Made by a program: the position numbers and the translations under genes. The notes beneath the pieces are model-generated. The model saw nothing but the letters and a program-made list of their open reading frames with translations, ran no database searches and was not told where the DNA came from. This document shows, in pieces, positions 37,995 through 48,121 of a stretch of DNA of 64,000 bases (its first letter is position 1; each line of letters opens with the position of its first letter). The stretch is from positions 64,001 to 128,000 of the forward strand of contig JBDHZC010000006.1 in NCBI GenBank assembly GCA_039811685.1, read 5' to 3'. This DNA is from Armatimonadota bacterium. Its GTDB lineage: Bacteria; Armatimonadota; UBA5829; DSUL01.

Positions 37995-38117
37995 CCGGCC
38001 CGGACAGATCCCGATGCTCTCGGGCGTGCTGGCGGCGTCGAAGACTGTTCTCGCGCACCTATAGATTGCCGAGAATTGGCGACGCTGCAGCGTGCAGAAA
38101 GGTACACACATAGAAAG

Positions 38118-39431
38118 ATGCGCAGTGTTGAGACAACTGGCAAAACGATTGAAGAAGCAAAGCAGAAGGCCGTTCAAGAGCTGAATGTGCCTGAGCAGGA
38201 GATTGAGTTTGAGGTGCTGGAAGTCGGCGCTAAGGGGCTGTTTGGACTGCTTGGCGGAGCCCCGGCCAGAGTGCGGGCGACGCATTATGAGATCAAGCGC
38301 CACCGCCTCTCCTCAACGCAGGCATCCCCACGCGTAGGCTCTCCCATTGTCGAAGAAGAGGATTCCGGCGCCCGGTCTCACCGGGGAAGGTCCCGATCCA
38401 GCCGATCAGGCGATACCGGAAGGAGCGAAGGACGCGGGCGCAGCCGAGGCGAGGGACGATCCGGCGAACGGCAGTCTGGTGATCGCGCAGACTCAACCCA
38501 GCAGCATTCGGACGACGGACGCGCCCGGCGCGACCGGTCGAGCCAAAGAACGGACCGAGCGGCTTCGAGCAGGACAACTCCTGATCACCCTCAGCCCACA
38601 TCGGCTTCGGAGTCCGAGTCCCGGCCGAAACCGCAGGAGAGCAGTAGAGGTTCTCGAGGCGCTCGCTCGTCGCGGGAGAGTGGCCGCGGCGCAGCAAGAT
38701 CCGGCGCTGACGGCGGGCAAAGGCTTGAGAGCCAACACAGCTCTGACGAACGAAGCGCCGAGCAAGAGTCTTCCCGTGAGCGCAGGCAGTCTGGCGAAAG
38801 ACAGACGTCTTCCACGCGATCTTCGGGGGGTAGGAGATCGTCACGAGCTTCGTCGTCGTCAGAGACGAGGCCGTCAGTCGCAAAGTCATCCGACAAAAAC
38901 AAACAGGAAGCAGGGACGGACAAAGTGAACATTGAGGCGCGTTCGGAAGAGGCGTTGGCGCTTGTGAACAGGATTCTGGATGCTGGAGAGCTGGGCGCCA
39001 GGGCGCAGATCGCCACCGCCAATGCCAGCGGCAATGCCGGTGGCAAGGCCGACGGCAACGGTCACGACGGAATCGACATTGACATTGAAGGCGGTGACAG
39101 CGCCCTGCTGGTCGGGCGTCAGGGACAGTGTCTGGATGCGCTGCAATTTCTGGTAGGCATTATCGTCAACAGACGCAGTGACAGCAGAGTGCGCGTCACT
39201 CTGGACGCAGACGGCTTTCGGCGAAAGCATCGAGAAACGCTCGAAGCAACCGCCCTGGACCTCGCGCAGCAGGTCATCGAGCACAACCAGGAAGCCGAAC
39301 TGGAGCCACTGCCGGCTCGAGATCGACTCATTATTCATAACGTGCTCAAAGGACACGCGGGCGTCTACACGTACAGTGAGGGCGAAGGCGAGGATCGGCA
39401 CGTGATTATCTCGCCGAAAGAGTCCGAGTAG
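38118..39431 (+). CDS. jag: Jag/KhpB (EloR) RNA-binding protein
   Basis: Jag_N GKTIEEA..KGLFG; KH LVGRQGQCLDALQ; R3H RDRLIIH...SEGEGEDR. Confidence 0.92.
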   Translation: MRSVETTGKTIEEAKQKAVQELNVPEQEIEFEVLEVGAKGLFGLLGGAPARVRATHYEIKRHRLSSTQASPRVGSPIVEEEDSGARSHRGRSRSSRSGDTGRSEGRGRSRGEGRSGERQSGDRADSTQQHSDDGRARRDRSSQRTDRAASSRTTPDHPQPTSASESESRPKPQESSRGSRGARSSRESGRGAARSGADGGQRLESQHSSDERSAEQESSRERRQSGERQTSSTRSSGGRRSSRASSSSETRPSVAKSSDKNKQEAGTDKVNIEARSEEALALVNRILDAGELGARAQIATANASGNAGGKADGNGHDGIDIDIEGGDSALLVGRQGQCLDALQFLVGIIVNRRSDSRVRVTLDADGFRRKHRETLEATALDLAQQVIEHNQEAELEPLPARDRLIIHNVLKGHAGVYTYSEGEGEDRHVIISPKESE

Positions 39432-39587
39432 GCATGTGGGCGCGCCTGCTCACGCAGCGCAAATGAGTGTGTTGCCATATCCAGCACCCCCGTCTGACGC
39501 TTGGCGCTGAGGCTGTGAGGCCGTGAACAAGAAGCCTGGTCGCTCCCGGGAGCGCACTGTTTTGTCTCTTTGACTCATCTGTCAGTT

Positions 39588-40943
39588 ATGTCTGCTTCGG
39601 ACACAATCGCGGCACTGGCGACAGCTCCAGGGATGGGGGCTGTCGCCATTGTTCGCATTAGCGGCCCACTGTGCCTGCAAATTGCAGAGTCAGTTGGCAG
39701 GCTGACGCCAGAGACCCTGAAGCCTCGAAGCGCGCGCCTGGCGGGAGTGCGCTCTCGGGACGGCGACGAGGTGGACAGAGCGCTCTACACTTTCTATCCT
39801 CAGCCCGCCAGCTTTACAGGAGAAGACTGTCTGGAGATATCCTGTCACGGCGGGTATGCCGCTGTACAGGCCGTGCTTGCAGCAGTCATGAGCGCAGGAG
39901 CGCGGCCTGCCGAACCGGGTGAGTTTACGCGGCGCGCTTTTGTAAACGGCAAAATGGACCTCGCACAGGCCGAGGCCGTAAACCAGCTTATCAGGGCCAG
40001 AACGCAGACGCAGCGCGCGGCCGCCAAGCACACGCTGGACGGCGCGCTTTCTCACCGCGTGAGAGGTTGCTCAGAAGTTATCACACGCATTGCAGCGACC
40101 CTTGAAGCCAGCATAGACTTTCCGGAAGACGTGGATGAGCCTGATCGCGCGGTGCTAGCAGCCGAGCTCAGCGCGGCGATCGAGTCACTGGAGCGCACAG
40201 TTGAGCTGGCGTCCAGGGGGCGCATGCTCTCTGCGGGCATACGCATGGCTATTGTCGGACGCCCTAACGTCGGAAAGTCCTCACTCCTGAATCTTCTTGC
40301 TACGCGCCCAAGAGCCATCGTGAGCGATATCCCCGGAACAACAAGAGATTTTCTGGAAGAGACTGTAGAGATCGGCGGTCTCTGTGTGCTGGCGATAGAC
40401 ACGGCGGGCATTCGAGACACAGCGGACATTGTTGAACAGGAAGGGGTAAAAAGGGCTCTGGAAACGCTGGAGCAGGCGGACATTGGGCTGATCGTGCTGG
40501 ACGCTTCAGAGGGTTTGAGGCAGGTGGACATCGAGGTTCTGGACAAGGCCGGAGATCGGGCAGTGGCAGTCTGGAACAAGACGGATATCGTGCGCGCCTC
40601 CCCGGACGACCCGCGAATTCCTCCCAGCGTGCCGTGCGTGCGAATGTGCGCCTTGTCAGGCGAAGGGCTCCCTGAACTGGAAGTGGCGGTAATATCCCGG
40701 CTGGGCGCGGGCAGCGGCTTTTTCGACGAGGCTCTGGCGGCCACCCAGCGGCAGGTCGCAGCGCTTGAGCGAGCGCGGGAACATCTGCGTGTAGCGGAAG
40801 AAGCTGTCCGGTCGCCTTACGCGCTGGATCTGGCCGCTATTCAGATTCAGACAGCACGCGGCGCTCTGGCTGAGATTACAGGCGAAAATGTGGTGGACAG
40901 CCTGATTGACACGATCTTCTCGACCTTTTGTATCGGAAAGTGA
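39588..40943 (+). CDS. mnmE: tRNA modification GTPase
   Basis: DTIAALAT, SFTGED, GRPNVGKSS, GTTRD, DTAG, NKTD, FCIGK. Confidence 0.97.
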   Translation: MSASDTIAALATAPGMGAVAIVRISGPLCLQIAESVGRLTPETLKPRSARLAGVRSRDGDEVDRALYTFYPQPASFTGEDCLEISCHGGYAAVQAVLAAVMSAGARPAEPGEFTRRAFVNGKMDLAQAEAVNQLIRARTQTQRAAAKHTLDGALSHRVRGCSEVITRIAATLEASIDFPEDVDEPDRAVLAAELSAAIESLERTVELASRGRMLSAGIRMAIVGRPNVGKSSLLNLLATRPRAIVSDIPGTTRDFLEETVEIGGLCVLAIDTAGIRDTADIVEQEGVKRALETLEQADIGLIVLDASEGLRQVDIEVLDKAGDRAVAVWNKTDIVRASPDDPRIPPSVPCVRMCALSGEGLPELEVAVISRLGAGSGFFDEALAATQRQVAALERAREHLRVAEEAVRSPYALDLAAIQIQTARGALAEITGENVVDSLIDTIFSTFCIGK

Positions 40944-41042
40944 GTGAAGGTCTGCTCCAGAGAACAGGCGTTGGAGATATCTTGTGCAGGCGGATGAGTT
41001 ACCCCACCCCGCAAAAAGACAAAGCTACGTGAGAACAGCTCT

Positions 41043-41738
41043 ATGTGCGGACGATACACACTGACCGAAGTCAGCCCGGAGGCGCTTAGGAAGATATTTC
41101 TTCTCCAGCACGTGCCTGAGCTTAGACCGCGCTACAACATCGCTCCCAGCCAGGACATTGCGGTAATCAGAGAAGGCCGCGACACGGGCGCTCGCAACGT
41201 GGAGATGCTGCACTGGGGGCTCATTCCGTCCTGGGCAAAAGAGGAGAAAATCGGCAATCGGATGATCAACTTGCGCGCCGAAACAGTCGCGCAAAAGCCA
41301 GGATTCAAAGGAGCGTTTCGCTACAGGCGCTGCCTGATACCCGCAGACGGCTTTTACGAATGGGCACTACCAGACTCCAGCCCCCGCAAACAGCCCGTGT
41401 ACATCAGGAGAATCGACGCGCAGCCTTTCGCGTTTGGTGGTCTGTGGGATCGGTGGGTGAGCCCGGACGGAGCTGATATCGAGTCCTGCACGATCATTAC
41501 GACACAGCCAAACAACCTCATCAGTCCGCTGCACGACAGGATGCCCGTGATCATTGGGCCACAGAACTACGCGGAGTGGCTCAGCCCGGAAAACCACGAC
41601 ACCCAGACTCTGCTGCGGCTGTTGGCGCCCTCCCCATCAGAGGAGTTGGAAGCGTACCCGGTGAGTCCAATCGTCAACAATCCGCGCAACGAAGACCCCG
41701 CGTGTATCGCACCCTTGGCACAACCGAGCGGCCAGTAA
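41043..41738 (+). CDS. SOS response-associated peptidase (SRAP/YedK, abasic-site crosslinker)
   Basis: N-terminal MCGRY, YNIAPSQ, WGLIP, GFYEW, HDRMP. Confidence 0.95.
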   Translation: MCGRYTLTEVSPEALRKIFLLQHVPELRPRYNIAPSQDIAVIREGRDTGARNVEMLHWGLIPSWAKEEKIGNRMINLRAETVAQKPGFKGAFRYRRCLIPADGFYEWALPDSSPRKQPVYIRRIDAQPFAFGGLWDRWVSPDGADIESCTIITTQPNNLISPLHDRMPVIIGPQNYAEWLSPENHDTQTLLRLLAPSPSEELEAYPVSPIVNNPRNEDPACIAPLAQPSGQ

Positions 41739-41746
41739 GGAATTCG

Positions 41747-42964
41747 CTAAAAAACTTTCTCCATCTGCTGGTTAAGAAGCACCCCGTAAAGCACGTCGTA
41801 AGCCTTCTTTGCTACCTGATCTGCCGGCTGGCCCGCCAGGGTGGTATCCTCCGGCTTGACATCAATGAGCAACTCTCCTCGGGCGGTGACAGTGGCGGGA
41901 TTCGCGCTCTGCCGGACATCCCGCGTGCGCAGATCTTCATTCAGCAGCGCGTTTATGTGTTCAGCGATAGACTTTGCGCGGTCTTCTGAGGACTGATCGG
42001 TCTTTGCGGGGGCAAACATCATCTGCCCATCGAGCCACACTTCAAAGAGGTCTTTGTCCTTTTCGTTCTGCTTGACGGAAGCGACCGGGCCCTTTGTTAC
42101 AGCGCGACGATTGATTGGGATTCCCAGACCAATGAGCCTGGCTTCAAGCTCATGCGCCCGGTCAGCGGCGAAGGGGTGAGTCTGATAGACCCCCCAGTTG
42201 ATGGATGGCCGTAGAATCTCATCGCGCGCCAGACGCTCCATAAAAGTAAGCATGCCAACAGGGTTGTACTTAGACCGTGTGAGCAGCGCAAGACCAGTCA
42301 GATCCGCGTCTTCCTCCGCCTGACGTGAATATCCGTTGAGTCTGGCCAACTGGACAAAGCGCGCGCCCATCAGGACGTTGCCCGTATTCTCCGGCGAAGC
42401 GCGTGCCGCGATCATAGCGACCAGGACCATGGCCAACTGGTTCATCCCTTTGGCCTGCTCCTTGATGAGCGAGAGCATGTGGTGATGGGCAATGTGGGAG
42501 ATTTCATGCGCCAGGACCCCGGCCAGTTCGTCGTCCGACTGGACGTAGTCAATCAACCCTTTGTTGACGTAGACAAATCCCCCCGGCATTGACAGGGCGT
42601 TGACGTCCTTGTCATCCAGCACTTTGAAAGTGTAAGTGAACTTTTTGACCGCGGAAGACCCGTAGGTGGCGGGGAGCTCCTGGGCATTAGCGATATCCGC
42701 CAGTTCCTGACCGATACGCGTCACGCGACCGACGTATGCCTCATCCGTGACCAGTTTGTACTGCTTCTCAAGCTCGGCGGAGGCTTCTTTACCGATTTTG
42801 ACCTCATCCGTGCCTTCTTTGGCCTGAGCAACAGGGGCGAAAGCAAACAAGCAGGTAACAAGAAGCGCGCTCGCCACCAACACAGCGCGAGCGCTAACTC
42901 GGCCTTCTACGATTGCGTTCAGACTGAAGCGCACCGGAATTCTCCTATCACCTGGACTCATCAT
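41747..42964 (-). CDS. M48 family metallopeptidase
   Basis: NALSMPGG, AHEISH, EEDAD, THP. Confidence 0.9.
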   Translation of the reverse strand: MMSPGDRRIPVRFSLNAIVEGRVSARAVLVASALLVTCLFAFAPVAQAKEGTDEVKIGKEASAELEKQYKLVTDEAYVGRVTRIGQELADIANAQELPATYGSSAVKKFTYTFKVLDDKDVNALSMPGGFVYVNKGLIDYVQSDDELAGVLAHEISHIAHHHMLSLIKEQAKGMNQLAMVLVAMIAARASPENTGNVLMGARFVQLARLNGYSRQAEEDADLTGLALLTRSKYNPVGMLTFMERLARDEILRPSINWGVYQTHPFAADRAHELEARLIGLGIPINRRAVTKGPVASVKQNEKDKDLFEVWLDGQMMFAPAKTDQSSEDRAKSIAEHINALLNEDLRTRDVRQSANPATVTARGELLIDVKPEDTTLAGQPADQVAKKAYDVLYGVLLNQQMEKVF

Positions 42965-43158
42965 GGACTTTGACGCACAAAGCCAAGCGTACGTTCCTGT
43001 CCACCATTTTGGCGTTTTGGCTCAGATTCTCCCACAAGCCCTATATCGCGTGTGCGCGAGCGCACTTGAGACCGCCATTCCGCCAAAACCCCGTACTCTG
43101 CTGAGGCTCTGTCAAGACGGTAAGGCGGAAGTACACAGTAATTCTGGAGGATGAAACG

Positions 43159-43875
43159 ATGAGTGGTCTGGCACTGGCGGTCTATTTGCTGTATGCGGCC
43201 CAGAGCATTGCTCCGGGCTCCGCGCAGCACACCAGAATCTCCGCCGTAAAACCTGGCATGTCTCAGCTCAGGCTTGCTTCCGATAGCAGCAAGCCCACTC
43301 AGACGGCGCATCTGGTTCTATCTTCCAGTGCTGAATCAAACGCTCAGACGCCAGCGCACAGCGCCTCCCTGACCAGCGCGCCCGCGAATCAGCGAGCGAT
43401 GCCAGCAGCAATGACTGGCGATGAGATACGCTATCTGGAGCTTACAAACAATGAGCGCAGGCGAATTGGGTTGAAGCCGCTCGCTCAGGACCTTCTCCTC
43501 ACCTTCATTGCTCGACGCCACAGCGAAGAGATGCACCGTCTGGACTACTTTTCCCACGAATCTCCCAACAGCGCCGAACGCACGCCTATGCAGCGATATC
43601 TGGCGCAGATCAAAGGTCAGCCCTCCTACGCTCTGGTGGGGGAAAATCTGTTCTACTGCTCGCGTGTGGATGTCAATCGTGGCCACAGGGCCTTTATGAA
43701 CAGCCCCGGACACCGCAGCAATATTTTGGATCCGCGCTTTGAAAATATGGGTGTCGGCATCTTCAAAGCACCGGACGGAAGTTTCTACGTGACCGAGATG
43801 TTTCTGGCCAACCACCAGGCCAGACAGGCCCGGGCGCCCAGCCAGTCCACAGAGCAGCCGCAGCCAGGCGGATGA
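43159..43875 (+). CDS. CAP/SCP domain protein
   Basis: NNERRR.GL.PL, YFSH, GENL, MNSPGHRSNIL. Confidence 0.9.
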   Translation: MSGLALAVYLLYAAQSIAPGSAQHTRISAVKPGMSQLRLASDSSKPTQTAHLVLSSSAESNAQTPAHSASLTSAPANQRAMPAAMTGDEIRYLELTNNERRRIGLKPLAQDLLLTFIARRHSEEMHRLDYFSHESPNSAERTPMQRYLAQIKGQPSYALVGENLFYCSRVDVNRGHRAFMNSPGHRSNILDPRFENMGVGIFKAPDGSFYVTEMFLANHQARQARAPSQSTEQPQPGG

Positions 43876-43886
43876 AAATATAACTG

Positions 43887-44345
43887 TCAGCTGAGCGTGA
43901 AGTCCGCGCCCGCTTTCTGCAGTCCTTCCAGAACCACACGGGCGTTGTCTGAGAGTAAGTACTGTTTGGGCGTGCCGCGATCGCTGTACCCAATAAGCAG
44001 ATCGTCCACCATTGGCCACGGCTGTCGCTTCACAACGACAGTCTTGATGGAATCCAGCGGAATGTCCAGACGGCTGAACGCATTGCGGTAGTTGACGATA
44101 AAGCGGCGGTTGGTGATTATCACTTCCCACGGTGTGAACAGCCACCCAATTAACGGCCCGGATTTACCGAACCTGTGGTGGAGCACGGCCTTCTCCCGCG
44201 GCCGCGGACGCGCTCTGGGCGGTCCAAATCCCCATGCGCGCACGGCTATTCCCAGATAAGCGAAGTCCATCCACGCGCCAAACAGCAAAGCGCCCAGAAC
44301 AAGGACGCCCAGAATCACAAAAACGTAGAGCGGTATTTCTAGCAA
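43887..44345 (-). CDS. Hypothetical membrane protein, possible PH-like domain
   Basis: N-terminal TM; IITNRRFIV...DIPLDSIKTV. Confidence 0.55.
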   Translation of the reverse strand: MLEIPLYVFVILGVLVLGALLFGAWMDFAYLGIAVRAWGFGPPRARPRPREKAVLHHRFGKSGPLIGWLFTPWEVIITNRRFIVNYRNAFSRLDIPLDSIKTVVVKRQPWPMVDDLLIGYSDRGTPKQYLLSDNARVVLEGLQKAGADFTLS

Positions 44346-44505
44346 ATGGTCTTCCTGAAACAGTGAGTGATATGCGGGAAAGCTCAGTCAAATTGCGCCA
44401 ACCCTCAGCACAGGTATTGTAGCCAATACTGCGCTGTCCCTGCCGTCTGTCTCCTCTACGCTCACCCAACTTCGCCCCGGAGGAGCCGCAAGCGGGCTAC
44501 GCGGG

Positions 44506-45408
44506 TCATTTTCCCTCCATCGCCTCCAGCAGACCGCCCGGCCCGGTGTGCGGTATCGTAACATGGTTGACGCCGCGCAGCTCATGAAAACGGATGGACG
44601 GCGACAGCAGTGGGAGCGAGCGCCCCATCGTGACAGGAATGACACGGTCCTGATCGCCGTGCAAGATAACGATGCGGGGAGCTTGGCGGCGCTTCAGCAA
44701 CTGCCTGATACGCGCCCGGTTGTCGTAGCGGTCGCGAAGCAGATGGGAAAGCGGCCAGCCCACGCGGCGCAGGGCCATGTCATACGTGCTGGTGAAGGGA
44801 GAGGCCAGTACGACCCGCTTCACCGGATGACGCATGTCAAAGAGCAGGCTGGTGGCGCAGCCGAGGGAATGTCCCACGCTGCCGATGTTCTGCTCCAGCC
44901 GGGGGACCGGCGTCGCCAGATAGGCAGACAGCGCCTTCAGCGCTCCTTCGCTTCCAGCGAGGATGGTCCCGGGAGAGGGGGTCCCTTCTGAGAAGCCGTA
45001 CCCCGGATAGTCCACCAGAAGAAATCCTGCGAAAGGGTCGCGCCTGCGGGCCTCGTTCACAAGCGGCAACCAGCCGAGAGCGACCGAGCCATTTCCGCCG
45101 AACATCACCCACAGGCGCCTGGGGGCATGGCTCGGCAGAAGAGCGGGTTCCACGTAAAAGGACTTCTGTTGCCAGACCTGGCCATCCGGGGAGATGCTGT
45201 AGGAGAGCGGGACGACTCCGGGCGGAAGCCTATGGAGCGTGCCCGCGGGATAGTGAGCGCGCTGATAGAGGATTCTGCCCTGCGACAGATAGAGTAGCGC
45301 CACCGCCGTCACTGCGGCGAGCAGCAGACTGCGCAAAAAAACAGGCCAGGTGAGTTGCCTGGCGATCAAGCCGCGGAAGCGCGCATGAATCGCATGGGCT
45401 CTACTCAT
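44506..45408 (-). CDS. Alpha/beta hydrolase
   Basis: FGGNG, DYPGYG, GHSLG, HGDQD.VIP, H. Confidence 0.88.
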   Translation of the reverse strand: MSRAHAIHARFRGLIARQLTWPVFLRSLLLAAVTAVALLYLSQGRILYQRAHYPAGTLHRLPPGVVPLSYSISPDGQVWQQKSFYVEPALLPSHAPRRLWVMFGGNGSVALGWLPLVNEARRRDPFAGFLLVDYPGYGFSEGTPSPGTILAGSEGALKALSAYLATPVPRLEQNIGSVGHSLGCATSLLFDMRHPVKRVVLASPFTSTYDMALRRVGWPLSHLLRDRYDNRARIRQLLKRRQAPRIVILHGDQDRVIPVTMGRSLPLLSPSIRFHELRGVNHVTIPHTGPGGLLEAMEGK

Positions 45409-46702
45409 ACCGAAGCGCGGCAATCGGGTCCACGTAGGCGGCGCGAATGGCAGGATACAGTCCGAAGATCACGCCCACCCCACTGGCAACCGACAGCGAG
45501 AGCGCAATGGCATGGACGCTGACCACTGTTTTCCACCCTGCGTACTGAGCAATAAGCTGTGCGCCTCCCACGCCCAGTCCCACTCCCAGCACTCCGCCAA
45601 AGATGGTGATGACCAGAGCTTCCAGAAGAAACTGGCGGACGATATCCGGGCGCGTCGCGCCAACGCAGCGCCGAATCCCGATCTCGCGGGTTCTCTGGGT
45701 GACGGTGGCAAGCATGATGTTCATGATGCCGATGCCGCCGACCACCAGCGAAATACCGGCGATAGCCCCCATGACGATGTTGAAGACGCGCTGAGTTTCC
45801 TGGCTCTGACGGATAAGCTCGGAGGGAATTTCTATGGCGTAGTCGTCCACATTGCGGTGCCGGCGCCGGAGAATATCATTAATAACCTCCGCCGTCACCG
45901 GAGCTGCGGCTTCTGAGCCCGCGAGCACCACAACGCCCGACAGCGGCGTGTTGTCACGAGCCTGTCTTGCCGTCATAGCGCGCAGAAGCTGCATGACGGC
46001 GTTTGCATTCGTCGGCACCGGTTGTTCAGAATATATCAGGAAGTCTTTCATAGCGACTTCGATGGGGATGTAGATGTCGAAGTCCTGATCCGGTATCTCG
46101 ACCACAGTGCTGGACGGAACGATTTTCTCCGCCAGAGAGCCGACTACCGTAAACACTTTTCCTGAGAGCTTGACAGTACGTCCTACCGGATTTTCAAAGC
46201 CAAACAGGCGGCGGCGAACTCCAGACCCCAGAACGCACACACTGGCCATTGATATGGAATCATGCTGGGTGAGAAAGCGTCCGGCGGCCAATTCCGATCG
46301 CGTGACATTCCTGTAGCCAGCCGCCGTACCGAGAACCTTCGCCTGAACCGGCGTGCCGACAGTCTGCAACTCCGCCACCACCTGGCGCACAGGCACAACG
46401 TCCACAGCGTACGACAGAACCTGCCTTATCGCCACGACGTCACCGTAGTTAAGACCATACGGGGACTTCTCCTGAGCTTTCTCAAGGGCCAGTCCCGCCA
46501 TGGACTTGCGCTCCACGCGGATAACATCCACTCCGAGCAGCTTGAGCTGAGCCATCGCTTCCAGGCGCGCTCCTTCGCCAATGGACACCATCGCAATAAC
46601 TGCCGCCACACCGAAGATGACTCCCAACATCGTGAGAAACGAGCGCAACTTGTGCGCAAGTATCTCCGATAGCCCGCTGACGACAGCTTCCCAAACGCCC
46701 AT
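45401..46702 (-). CDS. MacB-type ABC permease (no ATPase domain)
   Basis: HKLRSFLTMLGVIFGV, GGIGIMNIML.TV.QRTREIGIR, DPIAALRYE. Confidence 0.93.
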   Translation of the reverse strand: MGVWEAVVSGLSEILAHKLRSFLTMLGVIFGVAAVIAMVSIGEGARLEAMAQLKLLGVDVIRVERKSMAGLALEKAQEKSPYGLNYGDVVAIRQVLSYAVDVVPVRQVVAELQTVGTPVQAKVLGTAAGYRNVTRSELAAGRFLTQHDSISMASVCVLGSGVRRRLFGFENPVGRTVKLSGKVFTVVGSLAEKIVPSSTVVEIPDQDFDIYIPIEVAMKDFLIYSEQPVPTNANAVMQLLRAMTARQARDNTPLSGVVVLAGSEAAAPVTAEVINDILRRRHRNVDDYAIEIPSELIRQSQETQRVFNIVMGAIAGISLVVGGIGIMNIMLATVTQRTREIGIRRCVGATRPDIVRQFLLEALVITIFGGVLGVGLGVGGAQLIAQYAGWKTVVSVHAIALSLSVASGVGVIFGLYPAIRAAYVDPIAALRYE

Positions 46703-46705
46703 AGA

Positions 46706-48112
46706 TCAGGTCTTCTTCACCGAAGGAACAGGTACGTTCGCCTTGCCCGTGGCCGACTTGCCGCCAGGCCGGCTGTTTTCAGAGTCCGCGGGCGTGGCCC
46801 CTCTGGACGGGTCCCGCAGGGCAACCGCCTGACCGGGTCTGAGGCCTTTGGTGACGACGATGAAGCTGTCGTTCCGCTTTCCGACTTCGACAGTGCGCGC
46901 CGAAAACTGCGAGCCGCGTTTGACGTAAACGATCTTTTTCCCATCGCGCTCCTGCACGGCTTCCAGCGGAACATAGCTGCACTTTGGCGCCATGTCGGAG
47001 ATGATCTCGGCGTTAGCAGTCATACCCGGCCGCAGCTTCGAAGGGCCTTTGGTGACGACTTTGACGGTCACCTCAAAGTTTTTTCGTCCTGGAGTTCCCG
47101 AAGACGACTCCCACGGATTGACTTCGGTAGCCAGCGTGGAGATGTCCGTGACACTACCCGAGAACTTCGCCCCGGGCAAGGCATCCACGGTGAGACGCAC
47201 CTTCTGCCCCACCCTGACCCGGGCAATATCAGCTTCATCCACATTCACAGTTACCTGCATATTGGCCAGATCGGGAATCTGAAGCAGCGGTCGGCGCGGC
47301 CCCACAACATCTCCCTCCTTGGGCTTGCGGACGCCGTCTCCCATCCACATTTTGGTCAGGACCACCAACCCATTGCCGGGGGAGAGGACTCGCGCCTGCG
47401 CAAGCTTGCGTTTGGCCTCATCCGCCTGCTGGCGGGCCATAATCATGGCGAACTCGACGTTTTGAAGGTTGGTCTTCTCCTGTTGCTCCTTGTTCTGAAT
47501 CTCCTTCTGTTTGAGCGAAAGGGACGCCTCACCCTTTGTGACCGTCAACTCCTTTGAGCGCACTTCGATGTCCGCCAGGTCCACTTCTGTCTGCGGAATC
47601 AATTTGTCGGCGGCGAGACGCTTTTTCTTCTCCAGTTGTGTCCTGGCGCGTTCAAGCTCCGCCTTATTGAAGTCCAGGTCGGCTGTCTGCTGCTCAAGCT
47701 CGGTCTTGTTGGATTCCCCCAGAATCTCAAAGGCGAGTCTGGCCTTCTCGAGATTGGCCCGCGCGTTGCCATAGGCCAGCGTCTCCTTATTGGCCGCTTC
47801 TTTGAGGGGCTGTTCGTCGAGCTGGATTACCAGATCGCCTTTTGACACTGTCTTGCCCTCCGGGACCAGATACAATATCTTCCCCTCGGTTTCCGGAGAA
47901 ACGGCGACGCTGCTCTGAGACTCAACCGTGCCGAGTTCTTTGACACTGATGACCAGATCGCCAGTCTTTACGAGAGCCGTGGGCACAAAGGCCTCTTTCT
48001 TATCTTCAGGAAACCATTTCCGCCACTGATCGGGCACAGTTCTGTACCCAACCCAGACAACGGCGGCAAACAGCAGCCACTTCACGACAGACCAGAGTAT
48101 GCGATTTTTCAA
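46706..48112 (-). CDS. Efflux periplasmic adaptor (MacA/HlyD-like)
   Basis: EGKTVSKGD, coiled coil, VDEADI, LRPGMTA. Confidence 0.9.
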   Translation of the reverse strand: MKNRILWSVVKWLLFAAVVWVGYRTVPDQWRKWFPEDKKEAFVPTALVKTGDLVISVKELGTVESQSSVAVSPETEGKILYLVPEGKTVSKGDLVIQLDEQPLKEAANKETLAYGNARANLEKARLAFEILGESNKTELEQQTADLDFNKAELERARTQLEKKKRLAADKLIPQTEVDLADIEVRSKELTVTKGEASLSLKQKEIQNKEQQEKTNLQNVEFAMIMARQQADEAKRKLAQARVLSPGNGLVVLTKMWMGDGVRKPKEGDVVGPRRPLLQIPDLANMQVTVNVDEADIARVRVGQKVRLTVDALPGAKFSGSVTDISTLATEVNPWESSSGTPGRKNFEVTVKVVTKGPSKLRPGMTANAEIISDMAPKCSYVPLEAVQERDGKKIVYVKRGSQFSARTVEVGKRNDSFIVVTKGLRPGQAVALRDPSRGATPADSENSRPGGKSATGKANVPVPSVKKT

Positions 48113-48121
48113 GGAAACACC

